Source of the DNA: Candidatus Sulfomarinibacteraceae bacterium
GTDB lineage: Bacteria > Acidobacteriota > Thermoanaerobaculia > Thermoanaerobaculales > Sulfomarinibacteraceae
Reading direction: 5' to 3'
Length of the DNA stretch: 64,000 bases
Assembly (NCBI GenBank): GCA_963796455.1
Contig: CAWCLO010000008.1
Span: 1 to 64,000 of the forward strand
Positions within the stretch are counted from its first letter, which is position 1, and each line of letters begins with the position of its first letter. The notes beneath the pieces were generated by a model. The model saw only the letters and a program-made list of their open reading frames with translations. It did no database searches and was not told where the DNA came from. Below are positions 60,936 to 64,000 of this stretch, in pieces. The translations under genes and the position numbers were made by a program.

Positions 60936-62405
60936 ATGAGACGGCAAACCCTTCGCTATACGGTTTCGGGCCTCGTGGCAGTTGTTCTCGTGGTGGCTCT
61001 GACGGTGATGGTCAACTGGCTCGCCGGTCGTCGCTGGATCCGTGCGGATTGGACCACCACCAAGGTCTACACCCTGTCGGAAAAGACCGAGAATATTCTC
61101 GCCGGAATATCGGAGAAGGTCGACATCCTCGTCTTCATGACGCCTTCGACCTCGATGTTCGATCAGGTCCAGGAACTGCTCGAGCGCTACAAGGCTGCCT
61201 CGAGCAACATCACGGTTGCCTATATCGACCCGGACCGGGAACCGCTCAAGACCCAGGAATTGGCCGAGCAATACGGTGTTCAAGTGGCTGACACGGTGGT
61301 CTTCTCGGTTGCAGACCGCACAAAATACGTGACATCTGACCAGCTCTCAGAGATGGATTATTCGGGAGCACAATACGGCCAGCCCCCGACCATGAAATCC
61401 TTCAAGGGCGAAGAGGCATTCACCTCTGCGATCCTTTCGTTGGTGGCTCCGGATGTGCCGACGATCTACTTCGTGACCGGGCACGGCGAGGCGACGCTGG
61501 CGCCGGGCCAGGGCGGTCTTTCAGAGCGCAACATTTCCGTCCTCGGAGAGACGCTCGCCCGCGACAACATGTCCACCGAGGAGGTTTCGCTGCTTTCAGG
61601 GGAGATCCCCGACGACGCCGACGTCCTGGCGATCATCGGTCCCACACGCGCCTTCACGGAGGCGGAGATCGAGGCCCTCGACGCCTATCTGGGCGGCGGT
61701 GGAAGATTGTTGGTTGCCCTCGATCCGTTAATCGAGCCCAACGGCACGATGCGTGCGACCCGGCTCGAGGTCCTTCTCGCGAGGCACGGTGTCGAAGTGC
61801 GCGACGATCTCGTTGTTGACCCGTCCCGACGACTTCCGTTCTATGACCTTTCGGCGGTCTATCTGGCGGACTTTTCAAACCATCCGATCACCCAGGGTCT
61901 CGAGGGCTTCGCTGTGCTCTTTACGGTCGCGCGCTCGGTCGCGGGCAACGAAGAGTCGGCCTCCACCCTCGTTCAGACATCGGATGCTGGCTGGGGTGAA
62001 TCCAACCTCGCGATGTTGCTTCGAGGAGATCCGGTTGCCTTCGATGGCGAAGACACCCCGGGACCGGCAGCCGTCGGCCTCGCGATCGAGAAGATGGTCG
62101 CCGCCGACGGTGAGGCGCTCGAGGAAGATGCCGACCGGACCTCCCGGCTGGTGGTGTTTGGTGACTCCGACTTCATGACGGATATCGATATCGCCAACGC
62201 CGGCAACGCGGTGCTTGCCGGAAATGCCTTCAACTGGTTGGCCGCGCGCGACGAGCAGGTCGGCATTCCCCCGCGTGACGTGGAACAGGTGAGTCTTTTT
62301 TTGAGCAAACAGCAGATGCGGAATCTGTTGTTGGTGGTCCTGGTCATGATGCCGGGAATGGCCATCGTCGCCGGGATCATGGTGTGGCGGAGGCGACGGC
62401 ATTGA
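60936..62405 (+). CDS. GldG-like ABC auxiliary protein
   Basis: DWT..K.YTLS, YF.TGHGE, GGRLL, VFGDSDF, C-terminal TM plus WRRRR. Confidence 0.88.
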   Translation: MRRQTLRYTVSGLVAVVLVVALTVMVNWLAGRRWIRADWTTTKVYTLSEKTENILAGISEKVDILVFMTPSTSMFDQVQELLERYKAASSNITVAYIDPDREPLKTQELAEQYGVQVADTVVFSVADRTKYVTSDQLSEMDYSGAQYGQPPTMKSFKGEEAFTSAILSLVAPDVPTIYFVTGHGEATLAPGQGGLSERNISVLGETLARDNMSTEEVSLLSGEIPDDADVLAIIGPTRAFTEAEIEALDAYLGGGGRLLVALDPLIEPNGTMRATRLEVLLARHGVEVRDDLVVDPSRRLPFYDLSAVYLADFSNHPITQGLEGFAVLFTVARSVAGNEESASTLVQTSDAGWGESNLAMLLRGDPVAFDGEDTPGPAAVGLAIEKMVAADGEALEEDADRTSRLVVFGDSDFMTDIDIANAGNAVLAGNAFNWLAARDEQVGIPPRDVEQVSLFLSKQQMRNLLLVVLVMMPGMAIVAGIMVWRRRRH

Positions 62406-62519
62406 GAATTCGGAATTCGGAATTCGGAATTCGGAGTTGTCACCATCAACTGGGAAACACTCAGGATGGCTGTGGGGTCGGTAGGGAATTCCGAACTCCG
62501 AACTCCGAACTCCGAACTT
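62404..62519. repeat. Inverted heptamer arms (GAATTCG / CGAACTC) inside an operon
   Basis: (GAATTCG)4 ... AATTC(CGAACTC)3CGAACTT. Confidence 0.9.
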
Positions 62520-62538
62520 CAACCTGAGGGTCGTCACA

Positions 62539-63897
62539 ATGAAATCCAAGAATCTCGTTTTGCTGGTTGCCGTCGTGATCGTGGTGTTCGCATACATCAT
62601 GTTGGTTGAGCGCCACCGTCCGACCACCGATGAGGTGACTCAGACCAAGGGGCGGGTCTTGCGTGGATTCGATCGAGATGCCGTCGTGGAGATCAACATT
62701 CAAGGTGAGGCGGGAGCGGTCCGGTTGGTCAAGAACGGTGACCTGTGGCAGCTTGTCGAACCGATCGACTATCCCGCCGATTCGTCGGTCGTGAGCTCCA
62801 CCTTGGGATCACTCGCCAACCTCGAGGCCGACCGACGCCTGACCCTTTCCGAGATCGATATCGCCGACTACGGCCTTGATGAACCGGTTGCCGAGGTCTC
62901 GATGCAAATGAGTGACGGAGCTGAGATCGTTCTCTCGGTGGGCGGTGAGATGCCTCTTGGAAGCAACCGTGCCTTGCGTCTTTCGGGTAGCGACGAGGTG
63001 CTGGTGGCGGCGGGTTGGTTTGTTTCCGACCTGGAAAGAACGACGGATGAATGGCGTTCTCGCGATGTGGTGGAAATCGGGCCGGAAGATGTGGCATCGA
63101 TCGAGATCTTCACCGACGACGACAGGATCCGGGCGGTGCGGATGGATGATCGTTGGCAGCTCGAGGAACCGCTTCAGGACGTTGCTGATCGTGAGCACCT
63201 TCGCAACCTCGTTTCCGAATTGAATTCGCTTCGTATCGAGGAGTTCCTCGACGACGATGTCGACCTCTCCGAACTCGGACTCGTTACCCCGGAGTATGAA
63301 ATCACCGTGGTTCGGGCCGATGGCGCCGGGCCCCTGCGCCTGCTTCTGGGTGCGACCCGCGATGGGGCCAACGGGCTCGAAGTGGCATGCCGGCGCGGCG
63401 ACGACCTCTATTTCTGGGCTGCCGACAGGGTCCGAACACGACTCGCCAAAGCGCCGGTCCTCTGGCGTTCAGCCGAGGTCGCGCCATTTGAGACCTGGGA
63501 GGCGACCGGGCTGCGGCTCGAGCGTGGTGAGGAGACGATCAATCTTTCGGGGGGTGATGTTCCCTGGCAGTTTGCCGACGGGGTCGAGGCCAATCTGACG
63601 GCAGTCCAGGATCGACTCACCAGATTGGCCGATCTCGAAGCGACGGACTTCGATCTGATGGCGCCCTTGACCGCCGAAATGGGCAAGGCCGAGATCGTCT
63701 TTGAGAGTGATGACGACACCGTCGCGGAAGAGGTTTTGACTTTCACGTTCTTCCACCCCCTGGCGGAGGGGGGGCGTGTGATGGTCCGGGTCAGCAACCG
63801 CTCCAACCTGATGGCGGTCGATGCTGCAGACGTTGACGCAATTCTCGGTGATCTCGCTCTGCTGCGGCCCATTCTCGACAGCGAAGTCGACGGGTAA
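62539..63897 (+). CDS. DUF4340 domain protein
   Basis: N-terminal TM; repeated W...P...AD, YGL..P units; follows the GldG-like gene. Confidence 0.8.
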   Translation: MKSKNLVLLVAVVIVVFAYIMLVERHRPTTDEVTQTKGRVLRGFDRDAVVEINIQGEAGAVRLVKNGDLWQLVEPIDYPADSSVVSSTLGSLANLEADRRLTLSEIDIADYGLDEPVAEVSMQMSDGAEIVLSVGGEMPLGSNRALRLSGSDEVLVAAGWFVSDLERTTDEWRSRDVVEIGPEDVASIEIFTDDDRIRAVRMDDRWQLEEPLQDVADREHLRNLVSELNSLRIEEFLDDDVDLSELGLVTPEYEITVVRADGAGPLRLLLGATRDGANGLEVACRRGDDLYFWAADRVRTRLAKAPVLWRSAEVAPFETWEATGLRLERGEETINLSGGDVPWQFADGVEANLTAVQDRLTRLADLEATDFDLMAPLTAEMGKAEIVFESDDDTVAEEVLTFTFFHPLAEGGRVMVRVSNRSNLMAVDAADVDAILGDLALLRPILDSEVDG

Positions 63898-63915
63898 GGG
63901 ATACAATCGTCGGCC

Positions 63916-64000
63916 ATGGTTGATTGGCGGGAGCAATTCGAGGATCTGCGGCACAGGAGGCCCGGAATGGCCGGGCGTGTCTGTCGGAGGCTGTTGCGGG
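63916..64000 (+). CDS. Possible CDS start, truncated by the window edge
   Basis: ATG with an open frame to the end (MVDWREQFEDLR...). Confidence 0.35.
   Translation, partial: MVDWREQFEDLRHRRPGMAGRVCRRLLR

Noticed and set aside
59232..62405. Gliding motility system
   Set aside because: GldA/F/G-like ABC modules are widespread in non-gliding bacteria, and no other gld/spr genes are present

Overview
GC-rich bacterial chromosome segment; gene style suggests Acidobacteriota, possibly Thermoanaerobaculia-like, which is an inference only. The coding content is mostly core: eno, pgm/pmm, gdh, thiN, PIN-PhoH, tlyA, xseAB-ispA, rpsU-mutS2-dnaG-rpoD, radA, mlaDEF, dnaB, aroB/aroC, ispH, a GldAFG-like ABC system and four tRNAs. 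There is also an 11-heme cytochrome c/cytochrome b fusion and a 1841-aa double GT-C/NHL protein. gdh and aroC each carry a single +1 frameshift. The unusual signal is intergenic. (1) A dispersed element family with ~13-bp terminal inverted repeats and complementary CAGCGA/TCGCTG-rich arms. One copy (9085-9939) carries a four-helix-bundle (IVS/Avd-like) gene whose RBS and start codon are buried in a 24-bp hairpin; at least five ORF-less or partial derivatives occur. (2) Many inverted pairs of short-period (6-8 nt) tandem-repeat arms, including a 59-bp perfect inverted repeat that brackets tlyA. tlyA lies in opposite orientation to all its neighbours and is a candidate invertible cassette. (3) A 1-kb nested repeat/hairpin region between fpg and radA. 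(4) A near-identical inverted pair of ~158-bp palindromic elements around aroB-ispH. (5) 161-bp tandem repeats derived from the 3' end of tRNA-fMet. No transposase, recombinase, reverse transcriptase or CRISPR-Cas gene was seen. All calls are by eye; no searches were run.
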